The translations under genes were made by a program, and so were the position numbers. From Minisyncoccota bacterium (lineage in GTDB: Bacteria; Patescibacteriota; Minisyncoccia; Phycocordibacterales; DATDSR01): a stretch of DNA of 64,000 nt. A model generated the notes under the pieces. That model was not told the origin of the DNA and searched no databases. It saw only the letters and a list, made by a program, of their open reading frames with translations. This document shows positions 27,866-36,508 of the stretch, piece after piece. Position 1 is the stretch's first letter. Each line of letters opens with the position of its first letter. Where the stretch lies: contig DATDVE010000023.1 of the NCBI GenBank assembly GCA_036517655.1, forward strand, positions 1,358-65,357. Direction: 5' to 3'.

Positions 27866-28074
27866 CAAACGCGGCCAGTGAGGCCAAGGAGCTACTCGAT
27901 CGGACCGATGTCGGCAGGGGTTTTGTGTCCACAGAGAAGATTGAGGCACTGATAAGGGAATGGGGGACTCGCTGCAAGGAGACCTTGGACGGAGTGGTGC
28001 ATGATCGCCTCAAGGGTATGGGAGCCGGGTTCGGCATCGCGGTGCGGGAGCTTCGAGAAATCATCGGCGAGTGA
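27866..28074 (+). pseudogene. start-less fragment paralogous to the C-terminus of the 25123..25494 product
   Basis: Open frame 27847-28074 translates to ...ELLDRTDVGRGFVSTEKIEALIREWGTRCKETLDGVVHDRLKGMGAGFGIAVRELREIIGE* with no ATG/GTG/TTG start; clear similarity to 25123..25494. Confidence 0.35.
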
Positions 28075-28134
28075 ATACGTACAATAACGGTCGGAACTCC
28101 AAGTGGAGGACCGACCGCCTTTCTTTTAAGAGAG

Positions 28135-29343
28135 TTACTTCTTTCTTCGCAGAAATGCGGGCATGGCCCAAGAATCGTCTTCTTCCTCTTCCTTCTTTTC
28201 TTCTTTCTTTTCTGTTTTGCCGGCGCGGCTCTGGACCATGCCCATGTCAGAATTTGGAGTCTGGATGCTAGAGACTGGAGTCTGGATGCTAGAGACTGGA
28301 CGCTGGACGCTGGAACTTCTAGCTTCCGATTTACTAGCTTCTATATCTCCAGAGCTGAAGAGGCCCTTCTTCTTGGGTGCTGCTTGTGCACCCCCGAAGC
28401 CCGAAGCTATAACAGTAATCTTGACTGTGCCCTTCTTGAGTCTGTCGTCGTAGAAGGCGCCGAATATGACTCTTGCCTCCGGATCAGCAGACTCGGTGAT
28501 CACTTGCGCCGCTTCTTGGATCTCCATCATTGACAAGTCCTCGCCTCCTGCGATTGCAAAGAGCAGTCCTCGAGCTCCCTCGATCGAGACATCGAGCAAA
28601 GGCGAATTGATAGCGGCGCGCGCCGCGTCCGTGGCCCGATTCTCGCCAGAGCCAATGCCGATACCCATGAGAGCAGAACCAGCATCCTCGAGTACAGCTC
28701 TGATGTCGGCAAAGTCTACGTTGACCAATCCCTTCGAAGTAATTAAATCAGAGATTCCTTCAACTGCTTGCAGCAGTATTTCATCGCAGAGAGCAAAAGC
28801 GGCCGAGACTGTTGTGTTCTTGTCGATAATTTGGAGCAGGCGATCATTAGGAATAACTATAATCGCATCCACTTCACGTGAGAGTTCTTCGAGGCCTTGG
28901 TCTGCAATGCGACTGCGTTGCGCTCCTTCGAATGCAAATGGTTTGGTCACAACGCCGATGGTCAGAATGCCTTGCTCGCGCGCCGCGCGGGCCACAACTG
29001 CAGAAGCACCTGTGCCCGTGCCTCCGCCCATGCCACAGGCGACGAAGACCATGTCCGCGCCCTTGATCACGCCCTGCACGTCCTCGAGTGTTTCTTCTGC
29101 AGCCTTGCGACCTAATTCTGGATTCATGCCCGTGCCCAAACCCCTAGTCAGATTTTTGCCGATGTGTATTTTTTTAGGAGCAAGTGAGTGATGCAAGTCT
29201 TGAGCGTCAGTGTTAATGGCAATAAATTCCACTCCCTTGACTTTGGAGCGAACCATGTGGTTTACCGCATTAGTGCCTGAACCACCCACTCCAATTACCT
29301 TGATGCGCGCGAAGGCCTCAATTTCTGGACTAACTTTTGCCAT
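28135..29343 (-). CDS. ftsZ: cell division protein FtsZ
   Basis: GGGTGTG tubulin signature, NTDAQ, 402 aa; C-terminal linker encoded by a 21-bp tandem DNA repeat. Confidence 0.95.
   Translation of the reverse strand: MAKVSPEIEAFARIKVIGVGGSGTNAVNHMVRSKVKGVEFIAINTDAQDLHHSLAPKKIHIGKNLTRGLGTGMNPELGRKAAEETLEDVQGVIKGADMVFVACGMGGGTGTGASAVVARAAREQGILTIGVVTKPFAFEGAQRSRIADQGLEELSREVDAIIVIPNDRLLQIIDKNTTVSAAFALCDEILLQAVEGISDLITSKGLVNVDFADIRAVLEDAGSALMGIGIGSGENRATDAARAAINSPLLDVSIEGARGLLFAIAGGEDLSMMEIQEAAQVITESADPEARVIFGAFYDDRLKKGTVKITVIASGFGGAQAAPKKKGLFSSGDIEASKSEARSSSVQRPVSSIQTPVSSIQTPNSDMGMVQSRAGKTEKKEEKKEEEEDDSWAMPAFLRRKK
28256..28312. repeat. tandem 21-bp repeat (GGAGTCTGGATGCTAGAGACT x2 plus degenerate copies) inside the ftsZ 3' region
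   Basis: Two exact adjacent copies, then GGACGCTGGACGCTGG; encodes the repeated SSIQTPV peptide in the FtsZ C-terminal linker. Confidence 0.8.
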
Positions 29344-29358
29344 ATGGGGAATGATAGC

Positions 29359-30582
29359 CTATGGCAGGAATTGTTTCAAGAAGCCCATAAGACTGTTTTT
29401 CGTCTTCCTGGCCATGCGTATACCGAGCGATTCCTCCGGTGCGGCAGACATCCCGAGCACACATAGACCTAAGGCCGTTGACCACTCTGGTCCACGCGCC
29501 TTCTCCAATCGTTCTCTCATGCGCGCGATGTTTTTGCCTGAGGCTCCTTCGTCTGTGCCGACAGCTGTGAGTTCGTCAGGTATGCTGTTGCGCGCGATCT
29601 TCACCGGTAAGCCAAGTTGTCTCCTCCCAAGATTCTCGAGTCCCTTCGTGTGAGCACCTTCACCGGTGAAGACTACCCCGGCCGGCAGCAAGCCTGATCT
29701 TCCGATCTTCTTGAGGTGGGTGTCGATAAGTTCGAAAATATCACTTAACCTTGCTTCAGTGATCTCGCTCACGCGCTTCAGATTTTTCTTTTCTTGCTCA
29801 CCGTTTATTTTGATGCTCTCTGCCGCTTCGAGCGGGATGCGCAGTCCAAGGGCAATATCGTGGGTTATGTCTGTTGACCCCAGAGGGAAAACCTTGAGTG
29901 AAGTTGGCAGTCCGTCCTCTATAGTGAGCATTGATACTGTTTGCGCGCCGATATTGGCCACGAGTGTGCCGGCGTTCCTTGCGGTTGCTGTAGTTGTGAC
30001 CATACTCTCGGCAATAGGCGCGGCGTAGACTTCTTGGACTTCGACTCCGCTGTCCTCGACAGATTTTACAAGAGCGTCAAGATGTGGCGCTGCAGCTGTT
30101 ATGAAAGTCGTTTTCTGCTCCAGTTTGTTGCCGCTGTAGCCACCTGGTTTGCCCAGAATTTTCCGTCCGTCGACTTTGTATTCCGATGGTATAGCGTGAA
30201 GAATTCTTGTGTTGGGGCGCTCTCCTATACGGGCCTCCGCCTCCTGCAATAGTCTGTCTATGTCGAAGTCGCTCACTAGTGAATCTGCTCTTGAGATGGC
30301 CACTGTCCCAACATCAATCACAGTGCCCAAACCTACGCCACCTACAGAAACTATGGCACGCTTGATTCGCTCGCCTACGGTGCGCTCGGCCTCACGCAAG
30401 GCATTGCCAATACTTGCGGTTACCGCATCGGGATTCACAATGTACCCATTCTTGAGGCCATCTGATGGCACTTTAGCAAGAGCGCGCACGCTGAAGGTTC
30501 CGTCCTTCCTCGAGTATTCGCAAACAGCAACCCGAACATTAGAGCTCCCGACATCTATGCTCGCAATGATCTGTCCTCTCAT
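29359..30582 (-). CDS. ftsA: cell division protein FtsA
   Basis: 407 aa actin-like ATPase; N-terminal IASIDVGSSNVRVAV; immediately upstream of ftsZ. Confidence 0.9.
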   Translation of the reverse strand: MRGQIIASIDVGSSNVRVAVCEYSRKDGTFSVRALAKVPSDGLKNGYIVNPDAVTASIGNALREAERTVGERIKRAIVSVGGVGLGTVIDVGTVAISRADSLVSDFDIDRLLQEAEARIGERPNTRILHAIPSEYKVDGRKILGKPGGYSGNKLEQKTTFITAAAPHLDALVKSVEDSGVEVQEVYAAPIAESMVTTTATARNAGTLVANIGAQTVSMLTIEDGLPTSLKVFPLGSTDITHDIALGLRIPLEAAESIKINGEQEKKNLKRVSEITEARLSDIFELIDTHLKKIGRSGLLPAGVVFTGEGAHTKGLENLGRRQLGLPVKIARNSIPDELTAVGTDEGASGKNIARMRERLEKARGPEWSTALGLCVLGMSAAPEESLGIRMARKTKNSLMGFLKQFLP

Positions 30583-30594
30583 GCAGTAATTGTA

Positions 30595-30930
30595 TCAGAG
30601 ATCTGTCCCGAGTCCCCTGTGGATTTGTCTGGCAAGTTTCAGTTCCAGACTGTCCATTTTTTTGCCATGGTCTAAGCCGGAGAGATGGAGACACGAGTGG
30701 AGGAAAAGATAGGGTAGTGAGTACTTGCCTTTTCGTGAAGGGTTCAACAGAATCTCGCCGTCACTCTCTCCGAGTGGGTATGCGAGAGTGTTGTGTTTGC
30801 TTGTCTTGTCTGTGCAGATGACCAGTGACAATTCGTAGTCCTTGCCGAGCACTCTCTCTGCAATCTCCCCAAACAAAACAAGCTCTTGCTTTGAGAGTTT
30901 GCGCCGTGTCTTATTGGTTATCTCGAGCAT
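30595..30930 (-). CDS. ybeY: rRNA maturation endoribonuclease YbeY
   Basis: 111 aa; metal-binding motif HSCLHLSGLDHG (HxxxHxxGxxH). Confidence 0.7.
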   Translation of the reverse strand: MLEITNKTRRKLSKQELVLFGEIAERVLGKDYELSLVICTDKTSKHNTLAYPLGESDGEILLNPSRKGKYSLPYLFLHSCLHLSGLDHGKKMDSLELKLARQIHRGLGTDL

Positions 30931-30933
30931 CTC

Positions 30934-31182
30934 TTAAAACCTGCGCTTCTTGGGTACAGGGGCTTTGCCAAGTTTGATCAATTTCTGCATGACCTTGCGC
31001 TTCTCAATGCGCTTGAGTGCTGAACGTTTGCGTGAGAGTGAAGATTGAGAACGCACATGATAACGGCCACTACGGGCAAGGCGCAGGATGCCCGAGCCAG
31101 AAACGCGTTTGGAGAACTGGCGCAGAACCACGGATGGTCCCTGGCTCTTCTCGTTTGTTACTTGTATAACAGCTTTGCGCAT
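30934..31182 (-). CDS. rpsU: 30S ribosomal protein bS21
   Basis: 82 aa very basic; VIQVTNE...LRQFSKR...RKRSALKR resembles bS21 (V.V.ENE..ALRRFKR...RKR). Confidence 0.6.
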   Translation of the reverse strand: MRKAVIQVTNEKSQGPSVVLRQFSKRVSGSGILRLARSGRYHVRSQSSLSRKRSALKRIEKRKVMQKLIKLGKAPVPKKRRF

Positions 31183-31206
31183 GTGGGGAACATCCTGTCA
31201 CAGTCT

Positions 31207-32550
31207 CTACTTTTTTGCAACTGTCTTGATCTCCTTTATATATGTAGGCAAGTCCTTGAGCAAGACCGATTTCTGCGAGCGGGTCTCCATGTCACGCACT
31301 ATGACAGTGTTATCCAGGACCTCTCGCTGGCCCAATATCAGACAATAGGGGATGCCCAGTTTCTCGGCGGCCGATAGTTGCGAAGCCAGGCTATCCTTAG
31401 ATATAGAATGAGCGATCGGGATGCGAGCTTCACGCAAGATCTCTATAATTAGTACGCTCTTTAGTTTGGCATCGTAACCTAGCTGGATAAAGAATACCTT
31501 GGGCTTTTTGACGATTCTGGGCGCAAGTTTCTCCTTGGCCGCAAGAATTATGCGATCTACTCCGGGGGCGCAACCGACAGCGGGAATAGGCTTGTTGCTT
31601 CCCAATAATTTACCAAGATAGTCGTACCTGCCACCACCACCAAGAGCGAGTCCTGCCATTGGATCAGTTTCACCCTCCTTCTGCTTTTGGAAAATCTCAA
31701 AAACTGTGCGAGTGTAGTAATCTAACCCGCGAACAAGAGTGTGATCGATGGTGTACTCGATATTCATACCCTCGAGATATTCTAGGACCTCCTTGAAGTG
31801 GCGTTTGCAGGGCTCACATAGATAGGAGACAGAATCCGGCGCTCCCGATTTGATCTCGCGACACTGCTCTTCCTTGCAATCAAGCAAGCGCATCGGATTA
31901 GTTTTGAAACGCTCTACGCAGTCTACACAAACCTTGCCTAAATTCTTGCGATAGTAGTTAACTAGCTCGCGGCGATAATTTGGCCGGCAATCTTTATCAC
32001 CGATCGAGTTTAATTTAAGCTCGATTTCGTTTATGCCCGCCTCACCTAAGATAGAAATAAATACTTTTATTATAAGCGCATCATTGATAGCCTTTTCTGA
32101 ACCAAGAATTTCTAAATTAAACTGCCGCAATTCGCGATACCTGCCTCGCTGTGGCTTGTCGTGTCTGTACAAGTTGCCGAATGAATAGAGCATGACCGGT
32201 TGTGGCAGTGACTGCATGCCGTGTTCTAGGTATGCGCGCATTACTCCGGCGGTGAACTCTGGCCGCAAAGCTAGTCTATCGCCCCCTTTGGTGCGCAGTG
32301 TATAAAGTTCTTTGTCTACAATATCAGTGCCCTCGCCCACGCCCCTTATGAAGACTTCTTCTTGCTCAAGTATTGGAGTTTCGATGGGTGTGAAGCCGTA
32401 ATAGATCGCCACTTCGGCTGCTTTTTCGAAGAGTCCATGATAAGCATAAAACTCTTTGCCCAAAAGGTCGCGCATGCCCTTGGGCGACTGATACGGTCCT
32501 TCTAGGGACTTGCGTTCTGTTTTCTCTTTCTTTGTCTTCTTGGCCTGCAT
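31207..32550 (-). CDS. hisS: histidyl-tRNA synthetase
   Basis: 447 aa class II aaRS; LRPEFTAGVMRAY motif 2 region; GGGGRYDYL His-specific motif. Confidence 0.9.
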   Translation of the reverse strand: MQAKKTKKEKTERKSLEGPYQSPKGMRDLLGKEFYAYHGLFEKAAEVAIYYGFTPIETPILEQEEVFIRGVGEGTDIVDKELYTLRTKGGDRLALRPEFTAGVMRAYLEHGMQSLPQPVMLYSFGNLYRHDKPQRGRYRELRQFNLEILGSEKAINDALIIKVFISILGEAGINEIELKLNSIGDKDCRPNYRRELVNYYRKNLGKVCVDCVERFKTNPMRLLDCKEEQCREIKSGAPDSVSYLCEPCKRHFKEVLEYLEGMNIEYTIDHTLVRGLDYYTRTVFEIFQKQKEGETDPMAGLALGGGGRYDYLGKLLGSNKPIPAVGCAPGVDRIILAAKEKLAPRIVKKPKVFFIQLGYDAKLKSVLIIEILREARIPIAHSISKDSLASQLSAAEKLGIPYCLILGQREVLDNTVIVRDMETRSQKSVLLKDLPTYIKEIKTVAKK

Positions 32551-32562
32551 ATTGCTTATTTG

Positions 32563-33042
32563 TTACTCACTTAGGTAAGCATCTTTTTCTGCGAGACCTG
32601 GCAAGAAAGATAGTTCGCCAATCGGTAGGAGGCGAACTATGGGTCGGCCAATTACCAGATCCCGTTCAACCGGTCCCCAAACACGTGAGTCGGAACTTGC
32701 GTCGCGATTGTCGCCTTCGACAAAGTATTCGGTGGTTCCCAAAGTCTCGCCGTCCACTGTATCGCCGGGTAATCCTATAACGCGCTTAATGAAATATTTG
32801 GAAGGGTCCTTGGGATACTTGAAGATGATCACTTCGCCGCGTTTAGGATCGCGAAAATGGAATGTAAGTTCGTCTACGATCAAGTAGTCACCACTTTCAA
32901 AGGTAGGGGACATCGATGCGCCATTGACTATAAACGGTTGAGCTACGAAGAGTCTGATCGGCAGAACAATCAAGAGTGTAACAGCAATGAAAGGCAAAAA
33001 ATCACTTTTCGGTTTCCTTTCGATGTTCACTTCTTCCTCCAT
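32563..33042 (-). CDS. lepB: signal peptidase I (S26)
   Basis: N-terminal TM; catalytic Ser in NGASMSPTF, Lys box IKRVIGLPGDTV. Confidence 0.85.
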   Translation of the reverse strand: MEEEVNIERKPKSDFLPFIAVTLLIVLPIRLFVAQPFIVNGASMSPTFESGDYLIVDELTFHFRDPKRGEVIIFKYPKDPSKYFIKRVIGLPGDTVDGETLGTTEYFVEGDNRDASSDSRVWGPVERDLVIGRPIVRLLPIGELSFLPGLAEKDAYLSE

Positions 33043-33077
33043 GGCGACCCATTATAGCACATGTTACAATCTGGTCC

Positions 33078-33581
33078 ATGGCATATATTATCGTTGGGTT
33101 AGGTAATCCAGGAGTTGAGTACGAAAATACGCGTCACAATACAGGCAGAATCATTGCCGAGAAGTTGGGCTATCGCGTGCTCGATGACTACATGAACAAT
33201 TCCGGCAAATTAGTTGCTAAGTTAATTAAATCAAAAAAAGATATTGCAAAGCTTGTTGTGATACATGATGATTTAGATATCCCCATAGGCAAGTTCAAGA
33301 TCTCATTTAATAAGAGTGCCGGGGGTCATAGGGGAGTAAGCTCTGTTGTTCGGGCTATCAAGTCACAAGAATTCACACGAATCAGAGTTGGTATTTCGCC
33401 CAGCACTCCATCGGGGAAATTAAAGAAGCCAATGGGGGAGAAAAAAGTGCTTGAGTTTATTTTGGGCAAGTTCAAACCCAAAGAGCTTGAAGTTCTGAAA
33501 AAATTGACAAAAAAAATTGGCGAAGCAGTCTCGCTAATAGAATCGGGCGATATAGCAATCGCCCAAAACAAATTTAACTAG
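33078..33581 (+). CDS. pth: peptidyl-tRNA hydrolase
   Basis: MAYIIVGLGNPGVEYENTRHNTGR N-terminal signature; 167 aa. Confidence 0.9.
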   Translation: MAYIIVGLGNPGVEYENTRHNTGRIIAEKLGYRVLDDYMNNSGKLVAKLIKSKKDIAKLVVIHDDLDIPIGKFKISFNKSAGGHRGVSSVVRAIKSQEFTRIRVGISPSTPSGKLKKPMGEKKVLEFILGKFKPKELEVLKKLTKKIGEAVSLIESGDIAIAQNKFN

Positions 33582-34686
33582 TCTTCTTCTTGAACGAGAG
33601 CGTCATGCGAGCAGTGGTAGGCTCGAAGAGAGTGATTTCGAAAGGATATTTCTTGCCTAGTTCAAGCGTAGCTCGCAGATGTTCCTCACTGTCGAACTCG
33701 CTGATATGCACGAGCCCTGCTACGCCTTCCTCTATCGAGACTAACGCGCCGTGCTTGTTGTACTTGATAACCACACCATCCACGATGTCGCCTTTCTTGA
33801 ATCGTGAGGCAGCCTCTACCCAGGGGTTGGGTTTGAGAGCCTTGATAGATAGCGAAATCTTGCCGTCCTTGATCTCGATCACTTTGACTTTGAGTTTCGT
33901 TCCTGGTTTGTAAATCGCGCGGGGATTCTCGACTAGCGCCCAGTCAATTTCCGATATATGCACAAGTCCTTCAAGTCCTTCTTCGATCTTGATGAAAATG
34001 CCAAAGTCTACGGCACCAGTCACCTCACCATCAATAACATCTCCAACTTGATAACGGTCGAGGATTTCTTTCTTGTCCGGATCGCTTGATCCCTTCTCGG
34101 AGAAAATGAGTTTACCTTCCTTTGGGTCAGCTGTGATTATGCAAACGCCAATTTTGTTGCCAACCAATTTCTTAAGTTCTTTGTAAATAAGCTCTTTATC
34201 GCCATCAGCAACACGAGGATAATGATCTGGCTTGAGTTGCGAGGCGGGCAAGAATCCAGCAATGCCTTGCCACTCGAGGATAAGGCCTCCCTTGTTGGCA
34301 TCTTTGACTAGCACCTCGAACATCGTTTGCTTGGCTATAGCCTCTTCGGCCTCGGTCCAGAGAAGTGCTTGTCTTGCTTCCTTGAGCGAGAGTTCTACGT
34401 AGCCGTCTTCGTTGTCAGTCTCGACTACTTTGGCCGTGATGAGGTCGCCAATATTTGTCTTTTTTAATACATCTCGCGCGTTCAAATATTCGCGACCATA
34501 AATTATGCCAGTTCCAAAAGGCGGCAAGTCTATATAAACAGCCATTTTGTCCTTGCCGATAACCCGTCCCTCTACAAGACTCTCTACAACCGGTAGGGTA
34601 GGGCTACCCTTCAATATTAACGACATTAGAGAGTTACTCTCGTCTGCAATTTGGGCCTCCGTATCCTTATCCATCAACATATCCAT
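33574..34686 (-). CDS. rpsA: ribosomal protein S1-like (four S1 domains, compact)
   Basis: 370 aa with repeated S1 OB-fold motifs (G.V.G.V..I..FG.F...G..GL.HISE). Confidence 0.75.
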   Translation of the reverse strand: MDMLMDKDTEAQIADESNSLMSLILKGSPTLPVVESLVEGRVIGKDKMAVYIDLPPFGTGIIYGREYLNARDVLKKTNIGDLITAKVVETDNEDGYVELSLKEARQALLWTEAEEAIAKQTMFEVLVKDANKGGLILEWQGIAGFLPASQLKPDHYPRVADGDKELIYKELKKLVGNKIGVCIITADPKEGKLIFSEKGSSDPDKKEILDRYQVGDVIDGEVTGAVDFGIFIKIEEGLEGLVHISEIDWALVENPRAIYKPGTKLKVKVIEIKDGKISLSIKALKPNPWVEAASRFKKGDIVDGVVIKYNKHGALVSIEEGVAGLVHISEFDSEEHLRATLELGKKYPFEITLFEPTTARMTLSFKKKTS

Positions 34687-34736
34687 AAGTCAGGGAATCT
34701 TACCAGACCCTCTTCCGTCTTGCAATCCCGCAGCTT

Positions 34737-34765
34737 AGAACTTAGGACCCGGAGTCCTAAGTTCT
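34737..34765. repeat. REP-like hairpin AGAACTTAGGAC-CCGGA-GTCCTAAGTTCT at the 3' end of the RAYT gene
   Basis: 12-bp inverted repeat overlapping the stop codon of the 34765..35412 CDS. Confidence 0.8.
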
Positions 34766-35412
34766 TACTCTTCATTAAATAATTCTTGAAGTTCTTTGTA
34801 CGATGCCCTTTTTTCGATCATGAATGGAAGATTGTCTAAGCAAAAATTTTCAAACTCTCTATTTTTCGTGAATTGTTCGAGCAAAATATCCTTCTTACAC
34901 AACCCTCGTGCATTTTGCGTATATTCATTCCAACTTGAACGGACAAGCTTGTTACTCTCTTCATTAAGTTGGTGAACACGGTTGTTCAGATTTACATATG
35001 CAGCTGAATGGAGAAAGTAATCGTTATCAGAAATGTGTTTTGACTTGAATCTCCCTGGGAAAAGAGTCCCAGAACGTTTGTGCCGATTATTGAAATATTT
35101 AACGTATCCACCTATTTGTTTGTTCATGAACAAACTGATGCCGCCCTCAACTATTTCCTCTAAAATAAAGTGGAAGTGGTTAGGGTTAAGGCAATAACAA
35201 ATAATGTTAACTAATGGAGAGACATCGTCCCTTTTATTGCCCGCAAAAGAGTTCGAGTAAATGCTCTCGATAGGTTCTATCGTATTGAATTCTGCCAATC
35301 CTTGCACGAACCTGTCAGAGTCTTTACTATCAATTACAATATTCCGTTTATCTACACCACGATTATAAATGTGATAGAACTCTCCAACAGCAAAAGCTTC
35401 TTTCCTAACCAT
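34765..35412 (-). mobile_element. HUH-Y1 transposase gene, REP-associated tyrosine transposase (RAYT)/IS200-like, copy 1
   Basis: 215 aa; HUH motif NPNHFHFIL and catalytic Tyr region SAAYVNLN; flanked on both sides by CTTAGGAC-N5-GTCCTAAG hairpins; paralog at 39208..39855. Confidence 0.75.
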
Positions 35413-35424
35413 ATTCGTATTATA

Positions 35425-35447
35425 ACTTAGGACTCCGGGTCCTAAGT
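35425..35447. repeat. REP-like hairpin ACTTAGGAC-TCCGG-GTCCTAAGT upstream of RAYT copy 1
   Basis: 9-bp inverted repeat 13 nt upstream of the RAYT start. Confidence 0.8.
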
Positions 35448-35532
35448 AAGGAGTTGTGGATAAAAGAAAGGCCGGGACGCTCTCGCACTCCCAGCCTTGA
35501 CTTTCGCTTTCCCCGGCCGTGATGTGGCCGCT

Positions 35533-35733
35533 TCACTTTTTGTTGCCGTTGATCTTGTCGAGCTCGTCTGCGATCCATCGGAGCTCCCCGGCGGTGAGGT
35601 AGGTCATACCTATATTGAACTTGCCTTTGTACACGCCTGCCACGTCGATGGTTCCGGCGGTGATTGTGGGGCCGCTGCGCTCGTAGTAGTAAACGATTTT
35701 CCAGCCCGATTTCCTGCCTTGGATCTCAATCAT
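35533..35733 (-). CDS. hypothetical small protein
   Basis: 66 aa ORF with beta-rich composition; the overlapping + ORF 35497..35760 looks spurious. Confidence 0.3.
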   Translation of the reverse strand: MIEIQGRKSGWKIVYYYERSGPTITAGTIDVAGVYKGKFNIGMTYLTAGELRWIADELDKINGNKK

Positions 35734-35800
35734 GATGTGTGCCCTCCGGAATTAAGCTAGCATAATGCTCCGCAAAATGCTATAATATACTCATACAATC

Positions 35801-36277
35801 ATGGTTATACAGTATTTTGGGCAGGGGGAGGTTAAGGTGAGTCAAGGGGATTGGAACCTTAGCTTTTCGGCTGGCAAGTTGCGGATTGGTGGGCGAGATG
35901 GTTTTGAGATTGTTGGCCCGGGCGAGTACGAAGTAAATGGCACTTTCGTCCGCGCTGTGCCAACTGATGGCCCTGATAACAAAATTAACACTGCTTATTC
36001 TGTTTTATTTGATGATATTAGGTTAGTGCACTTGGGAGAGTCTCTCGGTGCGATTAAAGCCGAGGCTAAAGAAGTTTTGTCAGATGCAGATATTTTATTT
36101 AGCCCCAGTTCTGACTATGCCACTACGCTTGATCCCAAGATTATAATTCCAATGTATGAAGCCAAAGGCAAAGATTTGCCTAAGCCGGTTGATAAATTAG
36201 TTGTGAAGCGTAAAGATCTTGAGGGCAAGGAAGGAGAAGTAGTTCCGATAATTTCCCTGCCTGCGGCAGGCAGGTAA
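35801..36277 (+). CDS. hypothetical protein
   Basis: 158 aa, soluble, no recognisable motif. Confidence 0.35.
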   Translation: MVIQYFGQGEVKVSQGDWNLSFSAGKLRIGGRDGFEIVGPGEYEVNGTFVRAVPTDGPDNKINTAYSVLFDDIRLVHLGESLGAIKAEAKEVLSDADILFSPSSDYATTLDPKIIIPMYEAKGKDLPKPVDKLVVKRKDLEGKEGEVVPIISLPAAGR

Positions 36278-36308
36278 TTGACCTAATTACTAATTTCTAA
36301 AACTTATC

Positions 36309-36506
36309 ATGGACTTTTTAGAAAAATTACGATCTAAGCCGGAGCCAGTAAGGAGGGCGATTGCCTTTTGGGCGGCAGCCATCTTTAGCTTTATCATCTT
36401 CACAATTTGGGTTGTGAATTTGGGCACGAATCTTGCAGGCAAAAATAGTCAGATCGCCTCGCCCTTCGAGACAATAAAGAACGATCTAAGTAACTTGGGC
36501 GAGTAA
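36309..36506 (+). CDS. hypothetical small membrane protein
   Basis: 65 aa with one TM helix; stop abuts gyrA start. Confidence 0.3.
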   Translation: MDFLEKLRSKPEPVRRAIAFWAAAIFSFIIFTIWVVNLGTNLAGKNSQIASPFETIKNDLSNLGE

Positions 36507-36508
36507 TT

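Noticed and set aside
28163-29191. Plus-strand ORFs 28163..28453 and 28466..29191 (and 29210..30589 relatives) antisense to ftsZ/ftsA
   Set aside because: They are antisense shadows of strongly supported ftsZ and ftsA genes. Their low-complexity Ala/Ser/Pro-rich translations are typical of the reverse frames of GC-skewed genes.
35497-35760. Plus-strand ORF 35497..35760 (87 aa)
   Set aside because: It overlaps the more plausible minus-strand 66-aa ORF and has an Ala/Val/Asp-rich composition without a start context, so it is probably spurious.
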